From positions 1 to 64,000 of IMG/VR virus record IMGVR_UViG_3300042554_000984: a stretch of 64,000 nt of DNA; one strand, written 5' to 3'. Source of the DNA: an uncultured virus (IMG/VR IMGVR_UViG_3300042554_000984). Taxonomy: Duplodnaviria > Heunggongvirae > Uroviricota > Caudoviricetes > Kyanoviridae. The translations under genes and the position numbers were made by a program. Of this stretch, positions 26,619-36,033 are shown piece after piece; positions within the stretch are counted from its first letter, which is position 1, and each line of letters opens with the position of its first letter. The notes beneath the pieces were generated by a model. It saw nothing but the letters and a program-made list of their open reading frames with translations. It ran no database searches and was not told where the DNA came from.

Positions 26619-27013
26619 CAAACAACCCATTCGGATACTCATACTACTTGGATATGTACAACTGCCGTGCAGGAGCAGCCGATGACTTGGAACTCACCTA
26701 CCGATTCCTTGAGCGGGTGGTTGACCGCATCGGCATGACTCGCATGAGTCAGCCCATTGTCATTCATGGGCCTACTCATTACGGCAAGGAACTGTATCCA
26801 CAGAAGGCCGGTGTGAGCGGTTGGGTTCCGCTGATTGAAAGTGGAATTCAGATTCATTCCATGGAACCAACTCACTTCATCACTCTTGATGTTTATTCTT
26901 GCAACAAGTTCGACAAGAACATCATTCTTGAGTATGCCAAGGAGTGCTTCGATTTCACCGACTTCGAAGAAAACTTCTTTGTTCGTGGCAGGGGATACGG
27001 CAATATCGTCTGA
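26615..27013 (+). CDS. speD: S-adenosylmethionine decarboxylase-like proenzyme
   Basis: GVSGWVPLIESGIQIH...LDVYSC (ES autocleavage site). Confidence 0.75.
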   Translation: MTNNPFGYSYYLDMYNCRAGAADDLELTYRFLERVVDRIGMTRMSQPIVIHGPTHYGKELYPQKAGVSGWVPLIESGIQIHSMEPTHFITLDVYSCNKFDKNIILEYAKECFDFTDFEENFFVRGRGYGNIV

Positions 27014-27026
27014 TGCGGGGTGAGGT

Positions 27027-27710
27027 ATGCCGTATAAAGACAAAGAAAAGGCGAAGGCTGCTGCAAAGGCAAGATACCTTGCAAACAGAGATAAGAAAAT
27101 TGCACAAGCAAAAGCATGGGCAGAAGCCCATCGTGAACAGGTAAGAGAAAATCATAGAAGATGGCAGAAAGAAAACAGGAATCGGGTTAACAGATCAAAG
27201 AGGAAATACGAATCAAAAGATCCCCAAAAATGGAAGAAGTGGAGAAATAAATGGAGAAAAGATTGGTGGAGAAACAATCCCGAACAAGCAGCGGAGTTGT
27301 GTAGAAGAAAGAAATATCGGAAAACCCAAAGTTTAGTGCCACTTACAGTTAAAGAAATACAAGCAGTTCTTTTACTAGAGCGAACACGAAAGCAACTTCA
27401 AAAAAAGACAGGGCAAACCTACCACATAGATCACATTCTGCCGATTATTCACGGCGGCATTCATCACCCCGTCAATTTGAGAATACTTCATGCGAGTTAC
27501 AATTGTTCAAAACGACATAAACTTCTTCCCGAAGCGATTGATCTTGCACATGAACACTATAAGTTGTACTATGAGCGGATCGGTACTGAAAGAGCAGAGG
27601 AGTTCGTGAAGCAACTCGCAAAAGCCATTGGGCTGAACGAGATAGACCCGAAGAGAGGCGTTTTGTCTTCCCTTCCAAAAAGAGTAACACTAGAGGATTT
27701 AATGGAATGA
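27027..27710 (+). CDS. free-standing HNH homing endonuclease
   Basis: K/R-rich helical N-terminus, HIDHILPIIHGGIHHPVNLRILHASYNCSK; AT-richer than its neighbours. Confidence 0.85.
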   Translation: MPYKDKEKAKAAAKARYLANRDKKIAQAKAWAEAHREQVRENHRRWQKENRNRVNRSKRKYESKDPQKWKKWRNKWRKDWWRNNPEQAAELCRRKKYRKTQSLVPLTVKEIQAVLLLERTRKQLQKKTGQTYHIDHILPIIHGGIHHPVNLRILHASYNCSKRHKLLPEAIDLAHEHYKLYYERIGTERAEEFVKQLAKAIGLNEIDPKRGVLSSLPKRVTLEDLME

Positions 27711-27922
27711 ACACGCATCGGATCATCCAAGGTGACTGCATCAAGGGCATGGCAACATTGCCCGAAGGATGCATTAATACTTGCATCACATCTCCTCCCT
27801 ATTTTGGCCTGCGTTCATATTTGCCCGATGGTGTAAAACTCCGAGAGGATTTGACACCCGAACAGGTGGAGTATGTGTTAACTGAATTAAAAAATAGAGG
27901 TATTGACCATATTTCGGAGTGA
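27707..27922 (+). CDS. DNA N4-C/N6-A methyltransferase, N-terminal fragment (catalytic SPPY)
   Basis: IIQGDCI...CITSPPYFGLRSY, then a non-homologous ~30-aa tail and TGA. Confidence 0.85.
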   Translation: MNTHRIIQGDCIKGMATLPEGCINTCITSPPYFGLRSYLPDGVKLREDLTPEQVEYVLTELKNRGIDHISE

Positions 27923-27950
27923 TCTTCCATATATAGTATGGAGAAACTAT

Positions 27951-28517
27951 ATGGGTCAAAAAAGAAAACCTGATGGAACATTTGAGAAAAACAGCCATTG
28001 GAGAACCCCCAATAAACTGTGGGACAAACAATGGCTTGAAGAACAATATTTGTCAAAGCAGCGATCCATGCAAGACATAGCATCCGAAATGGGTGTATCA
28101 GAACCTGCTGTTCGTCATTGGATCAAAAAGCATCAAATACCATCACGAAAAATATCCGAAGCAAGAGCAATCAAATATTGGGGTTCGTTTGGAGCGGACA
28201 ATCCAATGTGGAACCGTAAAGGTGAACTAAATCCGAACTGGAAAGGTGGGGTAACACCAGAAAGACAGGCATTCTATACGAGCAAGGAATGGAAGACTGC
28301 CTGTAGAACTGTTTGGAATCGTGATGGTGCGTGTTGTAGAAGATGTGGATTGCATAAATGCGAAGCAGAAGATGTTCCTTTTCACATCCACCACATAAGA
28401 CCATTTAGTGAATCGATTGAGTTAAGAACAGATGTCAACAATCTTGCTTTGGTTTGTGAAATATGTCACCATTGGATACACTCAAAACAAAACACACAGA
28501 AAGAGTTTTTGGTATGA
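27951..28517 (+). CDS. HNH endonuclease with N-terminal HTH, inserted in the methyltransferase gene
   Basis: SMQDIASEMGVSEPAVRHW (HTH), NPNWKGG, RDGACCRRCG...HIHHI...NLALVCEICHHWIH. Confidence 0.9.
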   Translation: MGQKRKPDGTFEKNSHWRTPNKLWDKQWLEEQYLSKQRSMQDIASEMGVSEPAVRHWIKKHQIPSRKISEARAIKYWGSFGADNPMWNRKGELNPNWKGGVTPERQAFYTSKEWKTACRTVWNRDGACCRRCGLHKCEAEDVPFHIHHIRPFSESIELRTDVNNLALVCEICHHWIHSKQNTQKEFLV

Positions 28518-29407
28518 TCTATAAGAAGTCTGACATCCCCGATGATCTCATGAAGTTTTTTGAACCCGCCGAGATAGGGCAGGAGGACACCGTTGAGGGA
28601 TATGTAAAGAAAATGGTTGAAGTCTTCCGTGGGGTTCGTCGCATTCTTCGTGATGATGGAACTTTGTGGCTCAATTTGGGGGACTCTTACATGTCGGCTA
28701 CTTGCGTTCCTCCTCCACAGACGGTGGCAAATGGCAACAATCGTGGGATGCCAACCGACTCCATCCCTGCCAATCGACAGAAGCAGAACGGTCTGAAGCA
28801 GAAGGACTTGATCGGCATTCCTTGGCGGGTGGCACTTGCTCTTCAGGCGGATGGTTGGTATCTCCGTCAGGACATTATCTGGCACAAGCCAAACCCGATG
28901 CCCGAAAGCGTGGAAGACCGTTGCACCAAGGCACACGAATATATCTTCTTGCTGTCCAAGAAGCCAAAGTATTATTATGACCACAATGCAATCAAGGAAC
29001 CACACAAGTGGAGTCATGTTGGGGAAATGCGTAAAGGCAAGGAAAGTAAAAATGGAGGAAGCATCGAAGAACCCATAAAGGGCAGAGGAAACACCACCGG
29101 CAGTTTCAGAGCCTTTGGGGAAGGCGGCAAGAACAAGCGTTCTGTTTGGACTGTCACCACCAAGCCTTTCCGTGGGGCACATTTTGCAACTTTCCCAAAA
29201 GAACTTATCGAACCTTGTGTCTTGGCAGGATGCCCCAAGGGAGGAACGGTATTCGATCCCTTCACGGGCAGCGGCACAACGGCGGTAGTTGCATTGAACA
29301 ACGAAAGGAACTATATTGGTACGGAACTGAATCCCGACTACATCGCCCTTGCAGAGGGCCGCATTCGGGATGAGGTGACTGCCAGCCTTTCGGAGTTCCT
29401 TGCTTGA
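28514..29407 (+). CDS. DNA methyltransferase (beta class), C-terminal fragment
   Basis: EIGQED...RRILRDDGTLWLNLGDSY, IIWHKPNPMPES, HFATFP, DPFTGSGTT (SAM-binding); ATG 28514 overlaps the HNH stop. Confidence 0.9.
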   Translation: MIYKKSDIPDDLMKFFEPAEIGQEDTVEGYVKKMVEVFRGVRRILRDDGTLWLNLGDSYMSATCVPPPQTVANGNNRGMPTDSIPANRQKQNGLKQKDLIGIPWRVALALQADGWYLRQDIIWHKPNPMPESVEDRCTKAHEYIFLLSKKPKYYYDHNAIKEPHKWSHVGEMRKGKESKNGGSIEEPIKGRGNTTGSFRAFGEGGKNKRSVWTVTTKPFRGAHFATFPKELIEPCVLAGCPKGGTVFDPFTGSGTTAVVALNNERNYIGTELNPDYIALAEGRIRDEVTASLSEFLA

Positions 29408-31953
29408 AGCCCTTCTATACGAACATCTCTATTCGTGGCAACAGCATCCTTCACCGTGGCTATGATGCCAACGGCAAGCGGGTGCATGAGAAGGTTTCCT
29501 ACAGCCCGACCCTATTCGTCCCGAGCAAGGGAGGAAATCCCGAGTGGCATACTCTTGATGGCCGTGGGGTGGAGCCGTTCAAGCCGGGAGACATCAAGGA
29601 TTGCCGCGAGTTCGTGGAAGAATACCGAGATGTCGGTGGGTTCGAAATCTTCGGCAACACCGAGTACATCTACCAATACATCGGTGACACCTTTGAGGGC
29701 GAGGTTGAGTATGATCCTTCTCTCCTACGCATTGGATTCATCGACATCGAAACGGAGTCCGAGGAAGGATTTCCGCAGATCAATACCGCCAACGAGCGGG
29801 TGAATGCAATCACCCTGAAGTTCAGGGACAAGACATTCGTGTTTGGTCTTGGACAGTTCTCTATCCCTGACGAGAATGTCAAGTGCTTTCAGTACGACGA
29901 TGAGGGACGGATGCTGCGGGAGTTTCTTGCGGCATGGGAGTCCCTTGATCTTGACATCATCACGGGGTGGAATGTCAACTTCTTCGACATTCCTTATCTT
30001 GTCAATCGCATCACTCGCCTGTTTGGCGAGAAGGAAGCCATGCGGCTGTCGCCGTGGCGGGTCATCAAGAGCCGAATCGTTGAGGTCATGGAGCGAGAGA
30101 ACGAGGTGTATGATCTGATCGGCATGTCGATCCTTGACTACTTCGACCTGTATCGCAAGTTCACCTATGTCACACGGGAGTCCTACAAACTAGACCACAT
30201 CGCATGGGTTGAATTGTCCGACCGAAAGATCGCCTACGATGGATCGTTGGCAGACTTCTACCGCAATGACTTTCAGCGGTTCATTGAGTACAACATCCAC
30301 GACACCAATCTCGTTGACCGTCTTGAGCAGAAGTTGAAGTTGATGGAACTTGCCCTTGCGCTTGCTTACAGCGCAAAGGTGAACCTGAACGATGTCTTCT
30401 CCCAAGTCCGCACATGGGACGCAATCATCTACCACGAACTCTGCAAGCGAAAGATCGCCATCCCCATGAAGCGGGGAGGGATCGAAAAGGAGGACAAGTT
30501 CGAAGGTGCATATGTCAAGGAGCCCATCGTCGGGGAGCATCAATGGGTGGCATCCTTCGACTTGGATTCCCTGTACCCACACCTGATGATGCAGTACAAC
30601 CTCAGCCCCGAGACAAAGACCAATCATGGCAAGCGTAATGCTTTTCCCGTGGATCAGTTCCTGTCTGGCCCGTGGCAGGAGGATTCGGACATAGCCAAGC
30701 AGATGGCCAAGTGGCAGGACAATGACTTGTCGGTTGCCGCCAATTGCATCACCTTCCGCCGCGATGTGCAGGGCATGTTGCCTTACCTCATGGAAGTGAT
30801 GTATGAGGAACGCAAGATGTACAAGGGCAAGTTGCTTGATGCCAAGCGCAGGCTCAAGACCTTGGGCGATGATGCGGATCCAGAGGAAGTCAAGAAAGTC
30901 AAGAACGACATCTCCAAGTTTCACAACTTCCAACTTGTGCGTAAGATTCAGTTGAACTCGGCATTCGGTGCCTGCGGTAACGAGTACTTCCGCTATTACG
31001 ATCAGGACATTGCGGAAGCCATCACGCTGTCGGGTCAGTTGTCCATCCGTTGGATCGAACGCCATCTCAATGACTTCCTGAACAAGAGCCTGAAGACCAA
31101 GAAGACCGAAGACTTCATCATTGCCGCAGACACGGACTCCGTTTATCTGCGGTTGGGAAAGTTGGTCGAACAGGTAATGCCGCAGGAAACAGACAAGCAG
31201 AAGATCACCAAGTTCCTTGACAAGTTCTGCAACGATGTATTGCAGCCCTTCATCAACAAGAAGTATGAAGACCTCGCCAAGCAGCAGAATGCCTACGGTC
31301 AGAAGATGCACATGAAGCGGGAGGCGATTGCATCCAAGGGCATATGGACGGCAAAGAAGCGGTACATGCTCAATGTCTTCATGGGAGAGGAGAATGTTCT
31401 GCTTGGCACTCCCGACCTGAAGATCATGGGTATCGAAACTTCGCGGTCATCGACCCCACAGATTGTTCGTGATGCCTTGAAGGAATCGATTCGGATCATC
31501 ATGAACGGCACCGAGGAGCAGTTGATAGCCTTCGTCGCGGACTTCCATGATCGCTTCCGCAAGTCCCCGATCCACGAAATTGCCTTCCCCCGTTCCTGCA
31601 AGAAGATGTCCGAATACAGAGACTCTTCCTCCATCTACCGCAAGTCAACTCCCATCGCGGTCAAGGGCTCGCTCGTATACAATCATTGGTTGAAGGAGAA
31701 GGGATTGTCGAAGAAGTATCCTCTCATCAGCGAGGGCGAGAAGATCAAGTTCGTGTACCTGAAGATTCCCAATACGATTCGTGAACATGTGATCTCGTTT
31801 TCTTCGGCGTTTCCAAGCGAGTTGGGCTTGGATAAATACATTGACTATGATACGCAGTTCGAAAAGTCCTTTCAGGAACCCCTGCGGACAATCATCAACT
31901 GCATCGGATGGAAGATGGAGAAGACAAGTTCATTGGAAGACCTGTTCGCATGA
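29404..31953 (+). CDS. gp43: family B DNA polymerase (gp43-like)
   Basis: DIET exonuclease motif, SFDLDSLYP, KIQLNSAFG, DTDS, KKRY; C-terminal SLEDLFA. TTG start; no intein seen. Confidence 0.97.
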   Translation: MKPFYTNISIRGNSILHRGYDANGKRVHEKVSYSPTLFVPSKGGNPEWHTLDGRGVEPFKPGDIKDCREFVEEYRDVGGFEIFGNTEYIYQYIGDTFEGEVEYDPSLLRIGFIDIETESEEGFPQINTANERVNAITLKFRDKTFVFGLGQFSIPDENVKCFQYDDEGRMLREFLAAWESLDLDIITGWNVNFFDIPYLVNRITRLFGEKEAMRLSPWRVIKSRIVEVMERENEVYDLIGMSILDYFDLYRKFTYVTRESYKLDHIAWVELSDRKIAYDGSLADFYRNDFQRFIEYNIHDTNLVDRLEQKLKLMELALALAYSAKVNLNDVFSQVRTWDAIIYHELCKRKIAIPMKRGGIEKEDKFEGAYVKEPIVGEHQWVASFDLDSLYPHLMMQYNLSPETKTNHGKRNAFPVDQFLSGPWQEDSDIAKQMAKWQDNDLSVAANCITFRRDVQGMLPYLMEVMYEERKMYKGKLLDAKRRLKTLGDDADPEEVKKVKNDISKFHNFQLVRKIQLNSAFGACGNEYFRYYDQDIAEAITLSGQLSIRWIERHLNDFLNKSLKTKKTEDFIIAADTDSVYLRLGKLVEQVMPQETDKQKITKFLDKFCNDVLQPFINKKYEDLAKQQNAYGQKMHMKREAIASKGIWTAKKRYMLNVFMGEENVLLGTPDLKIMGIETSRSSTPQIVRDALKESIRIIMNGTEEQLIAFVADFHDRFRKSPIHEIAFPRSCKKMSEYRDSSSIYRKSTPIAVKGSLVYNHWLKEKGLSKKYPLISEGEKIKFVYLKIPNTIREHVISFSSAFPSELGLDKYIDYDTQFEKSFQEPLRTIINCIGWKMEKTSSLEDLFA

Positions 31954-32702
31954 TCGACTCATTTCTGCGCCATAATGCCAAGGCTTATCTGTCGGAGTTC
32001 GCAAAGCGACTCCCAAGCGGCTATGCACACACATACGCAGGATCGGTCAGCATCTTCCACCCCGAGAATCCGAATCCCAATCTTCCATCCATGCTTGTGG
32101 CAACCGGTTGGCACGGTGATGAGGAAGCGGCTACCCTAGGTTTGATGGATTTTGTTGGTTACGATGATTCCAAGTTCTTCGCTAAGAACATCAACATTTC
32201 CTACATGCCTTTGGTTTCCGTGGAGGGAAACATGATGGGAATGCGGAACAACATCCGTAGCCAAGACCCCAACTATGCCGAACCCGAGAACCGCAAGTTG
32301 ATACAGAGCGTAATTGAGCCATCCTCCGAGGCCCAAGGTCTATTTGATAATTTGGATCTTGTCCTGCGTCTTGCTAGGAATGGCTATTACACTATGCACG
32401 AAGACATGAGGAATCGCTATGGTGGTGCATACATCTACTATGCCGGGGATGATGATGCCCTGCCTTTCACGCTTGTGAACGAATTGGAGCAATGGATGGA
32501 GGTCAGCGACAGCAACACGATCATCGAAACCCACAAGAAGGGGTCTTTTGAAAGTTTCATGCACGATCAGGGGGTTCCTGAAGTGGTCTGCACGGAAACA
32601 ATTGCCTGTCAGCAATGCAATGTTCCCGAACGAGTCCGTCGAATTGCCCATGTCAACTGTCTGCGAATTTACTGCGAACACATCGTTGCACTTGGCACAT
32701 GA
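31950..32702 (+). CDS. M14-like zinc carboxypeptidase / succinylglutamate desuccinylase family
   Basis: GWHGDE, RNN..QDPN, TMHED, CTET motifs. Confidence 0.7.
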   Translation: MIDSFLRHNAKAYLSEFAKRLPSGYAHTYAGSVSIFHPENPNPNLPSMLVATGWHGDEEAATLGLMDFVGYDDSKFFAKNINISYMPLVSVEGNMMGMRNNIRSQDPNYAEPENRKLIQSVIEPSSEAQGLFDNLDLVLRLARNGYYTMHEDMRNRYGGAYIYYAGDDDALPFTLVNELEQWMEVSDSNTIIETHKKGSFESFMHDQGVPEVVCTETIACQQCNVPERVRRIAHVNCLRIYCEHIVALGT

Positions 32703-32736
32703 TGTGATATAATCACTCAACAATGAGGTCTACACT

Positions 32737-33789
32737 ATGAGCAACTTTCTGAAGAGCATTCTCAAGGATTCTGGCAACGAACACGCATCTCTGGCAGTCG
32801 ATGGATTGGAGTCCGATGTATCGGGCTTCGTTGATACCGGCTCCTATTCATTCAATGCCCTGCTGTCAGGGACGATCTACGGCGGTATGCCCGACAACAA
32901 GATCCTCGGCATCGCTGGCGAGTCGGCAACGGGTAAGACATACTTTGCCTTGGGCATTGCCCGCAAGTTCCTAGAGGAAAAGAAGGACGGGGCAATCCTG
33001 TACTTTGACACGGAGCAGGCCGTGACAAGCGACATGATCAACGACCGTGGGCTTGATCCCAAGCGGGTTGCCGTTTTCCCTGTTGCAACGGTTGAGCAGT
33101 TCCGCCACCAGATGTTGCAGATTCTTGACAGTTACGGCAAGATGAAGGAAGAGGATCGCAAGCCGATCCTGGTTGTACTTGACTCTCTCGGGATGCTTTC
33201 CACCAGCAAGGAAATGAACGACGGTCTTGAAGGCAAGGAAGTCCGCGACATGACCCGTTCGCAGATTATCAAGTCGGTCTTCCGTACCGTGACCCTGAAG
33301 TTGGGCAAGTACAACATTCCCCTGATCGTCACCAACCACACCTACGATGTGATTGGTGCCTATGTCCCAACCAAGGAGATGGGCGGCGGCACGGGACTCA
33401 AGTACGCAGCCTCCACCATCGTGTACCTTTCCAAGAAGAAGGAGAAGGTGGACAACGAGGTGATCGGCAACATCATCCATTGCAAGTTGTACAAGGGTCG
33501 CCTTACCCGCGAGAACAAGATGATCGATACCCTGTTGACCTTCGACAAGGGCTTGGACAAGTACTATGGACTCGTCCCGCTTGCCATCAAGCACGGGGTC
33601 TTCAAGAAGAGTTCGACCAAGATCGAACTGCCCGATGGCAAGTCCGTCTTTGAGTCACAGATCAACAAGAACCCGGAAAAGTATTACACCGAGGAAATCC
33701 TAAAGGCCATCGATGCCGCAGCCTCCAAGGAATTCAAGTATGGCATGGAAGAGGTGGAAGCCGATGGAGCGGAAAAGACTGCTGATTAA
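32737..33789 (+). CDS. uvsX: RecA-like recombinase UvsX
   Basis: AGESATGKT, FDTE, LDSLGMLST, DMTRSQ, MGGGTGLKYAAS. Confidence 0.95.
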   Translation: MSNFLKSILKDSGNEHASLAVDGLESDVSGFVDTGSYSFNALLSGTIYGGMPDNKILGIAGESATGKTYFALGIARKFLEEKKDGAILYFDTEQAVTSDMINDRGLDPKRVAVFPVATVEQFRHQMLQILDSYGKMKEEDRKPILVVLDSLGMLSTSKEMNDGLEGKEVRDMTRSQIIKSVFRTVTLKLGKYNIPLIVTNHTYDVIGAYVPTKEMGGGTGLKYAASTIVYLSKKKEKVDNEVIGNIIHCKLYKGRLTRENKMIDTLLTFDKGLDKYYGLVPLAIKHGVFKKSSTKIELPDGKSVFESQINKNPEKYYTEEILKAIDAAASKEFKYGMEEVEADGAEKTAD

Positions 33790-34438
33790 GTTCCCTTCCC
33801 GGTCAAGGCCGGGTCGGTTCATGGAGACATTCGGGCTGTACAAGAACATGCTTTCGGGTATGCACGATGTCACATTCGTCTTGTCATTTGACAAGGATGA
33901 CATCACCATGAACAACAAGGGGATGCACAGTTGGCTTGAGAGGCAAGGAGAGAATGTCAAGTGGTTCTATGGGGAATCCAATTCCAAGATTTCCGCAGTC
34001 AATGCTGATCTTGATCGTGGATGGGATTACGATGTTCTTCTCCTTGCCTCTGATGACATGATTCCCGTCAAGGCAGGATACGATGACATCATCATGAAGG
34101 ACATGGTTCTATGTTATCCTGACTTTGATGGAGTGCTGCACTACAACGATGGGCGGCGAGGAGAAAGCCTCAACACCCTGTGCATCCTCGGCAAGAAGTA
34201 CTATGATCGCTTCGGGTACATTTACCATCCTTCCTACAAGAGTGTCTACTGCGACAACGAATTCACGGATGTCAGCAGAATCCTCCACAAGGTGACCTAT
34301 ATCGACAACACTATCATCAAGCACTATTGGATTGACATTGGTGTCGATGCCTTGTACATGAGGAACGAGAATCCTGCGTTCTATTCCGTCGATGGGGAGA
34401 ACTACAAGAACCGAAGAGACAAGAACTTCGGGCTTTGA
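33764..34438 (+). CDS. GT-A glycosyltransferase (copy A)
   Basis: KFPSRSRP, ASDDM (DxD-like), YIYHPSY..YCDNE. Confidence 0.75.
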   Translation: MERKRLLIKFPSRSRPGRFMETFGLYKNMLSGMHDVTFVLSFDKDDITMNNKGMHSWLERQGENVKWFYGESNSKISAVNADLDRGWDYDVLLLASDDMIPVKAGYDDIIMKDMVLCYPDFDGVLHYNDGRRGESLNTLCILGKKYYDRFGYIYHPSYKSVYCDNEFTDVSRILHKVTYIDNTIIKHYWIDIGVDALYMRNENPAFYSVDGENYKNRRDKNFGL

Positions 34439-35431
34439 GTGGATAAGGTAGCAGTCATCACCGGAGTGAATGGGCAGGATGGTTCCTATCTTGCCGAATT
34501 CTTGCTTGGCAAGGGCTATCGTGTGGTCGGACTGCGCCGTTCTCCGTCCTCAAGCACCCACAGGATCGAATCCATCCTGAGCAATCCGAACTTTGAGTTG
34601 GAGATATGCGATGTCAGCGATGTGTCTCGTACCAACCACATAGTGAAGACATATCTGCCCGATGAGATATACAACCTTGCAGCGCAGTCCCATGTGGGGA
34701 TTTCCTTCCAGATGCCCGAACATACGGCGGAAACGATATGCCAAGGCACGATGAACTTGCTCAATGTCATCAAGTCGGTGTCGCCCAAGACAAAGTTTTA
34801 CCAAGCATCCTCCTCTGAGATGTTCGGCATCAGCAAGGGATCGGGACCGAATGGATTCAACGAGAACAGCCCATTCAAGCCCGTTTCCCCGTATGCATTG
34901 TCCAAGGTCTACGCACACTATTGCGCTCAGATGTATCGATCTGCCTACGGACTCTATGCCTCAAGCGGCATCCTGTTCAACCATGAGAGCCCACGCCGTG
35001 GAGAGACATTCGTGACTCGCAAGATCACGATTGGAGCAGCAAGGATACGGGAGGGATTGCAGGACAACCTTGTGTTGGGAAACATCGATGTCAAGCGTGA
35101 TTGGGGCTTTGCGGGGGATTATGTCGAAGCCATGTGGCTGATGATGCAGCAGACGGAAGCGGATGATTTCGTGATATCCACGGGGAAGGAACACACAGTC
35201 AGAGAATTCCTTCAAGTGGTATTCGATCATGCGGGACTTGGTTCGTATGAGGATTATGTGGTGGTCGATCCGAAGTTGTTTCGACCAAACGAGATACCAT
35301 CCCTTGTTGGGGATTCGTCAAAGGCACATTCCATCCTTGGGTGGAAACCAGAGGTTGACTTTGCAACCTTGGCGAAAATGATGTATGATTACGACCTTTC
35401 AAAGGTGAGGAAAGACCATGCCAACAGATAG
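34439..35431 (+). CDS. gmd: GDP-mannose 4,6-dehydratase
   Basis: ITGVNGQDGSYLAE, NLAAQSHV, YQASSSEMFG, SPYALSK, FNHESPRRGETFVTRKI, RDWG. Confidence 0.95.
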   Translation: MDKVAVITGVNGQDGSYLAEFLLGKGYRVVGLRRSPSSSTHRIESILSNPNFELEICDVSDVSRTNHIVKTYLPDEIYNLAAQSHVGISFQMPEHTAETICQGTMNLLNVIKSVSPKTKFYQASSSEMFGISKGSGPNGFNENSPFKPVSPYALSKVYAHYCAQMYRSAYGLYASSGILFNHESPRRGETFVTRKITIGAARIREGLQDNLVLGNIDVKRDWGFAGDYVEAMWLMMQQTEADDFVISTGKEHTVREFLQVVFDHAGLGSYEDYVVVDPKLFRPNEIPSLVGDSSKAHSILGWKPEVDFATLAKMMYDYDLSKVRKDHANR

Positions 35432-36023
35432 AAACAATGTCCTGTTCACCGTGATGATCCTGTCGATTCCGAGCAGGATCGAAAAGTACTATCTTCCATT
35501 GCAGGAAAAGTTGGAGAAGCAAATCACGGATGGCAGCGTGGAGGTTCTTACGCTCATCGATAATAAGTGCATGACCATCGGAGAGAAGCGGCAGGCTCTT
35601 CTTGGGGCTGCACGGGGCAAGTGGATGGGGTTTCTTGACGATGATGACATGGTTTCCAATGATTATGTCTCGTCCCTCACCGAGGCGATGCAAAAAACGC
35701 CTGCGGATGTGATCACCTTTGACCAACATTGCTCCGTGAATGGCGAGGAATTCATGGTGAACTTCAAAGTTGGCAACCCGCATGAGCCGTGGGTGCCGGG
35801 ATCGGGCATGAGGACGATTCGTCGGCCTCCATACCACATGTGCTTCTGGCGCTCCAAAATCACAAAGAACATTCCGTTTCGCCCATCGTCATATGGCGAG
35901 GACTTGGATTGGGTCATGCGGATGCTTCCGTATGTGACTTCCGAAACCCACATAGATAAAGTGCTGCATCACTACCGATACAGCGACAGTACATCTGAAT
36001 CCATACAGTATGCAGGAAGGTGA
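35418..36023 (+). CDS. GT2-like glycosyltransferase (copy B)
   Basis: IGEKRQ.LL..A.G...FLDDDD, YGED. Confidence 0.75.
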   Translation: MPTDRNNVLFTVMILSIPSRIEKYYLPLQEKLEKQITDGSVEVLTLIDNKCMTIGEKRQALLGAARGKWMGFLDDDDMVSNDYVSSLTEAMQKTPADVITFDQHCSVNGEEFMVNFKVGNPHEPWVPGSGMRTIRRPPYHMCFWRSKITKNIPFRPSSYGEDLDWVMRMLPYVTSETHIDKVLHHYRYSDSTSESIQYAGR

Positions 36024-36033
36024 AATCTAGATC

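Noticed and set aside
27820..28570. Group I intron or intein in the methyltransferase
   Set aside because: Almost no non-coding sequence for a ribozyme core, no recognisable P7 elements, a stop codon and separate starts, and no intein terminal residues. Not formally excluded without RT-PCR.
29404..31953. Intein or split in the DNA polymerase (also checked helicase and primase)
   Set aside because: Lengths and motif spacing match uninterrupted T4-like proteins.
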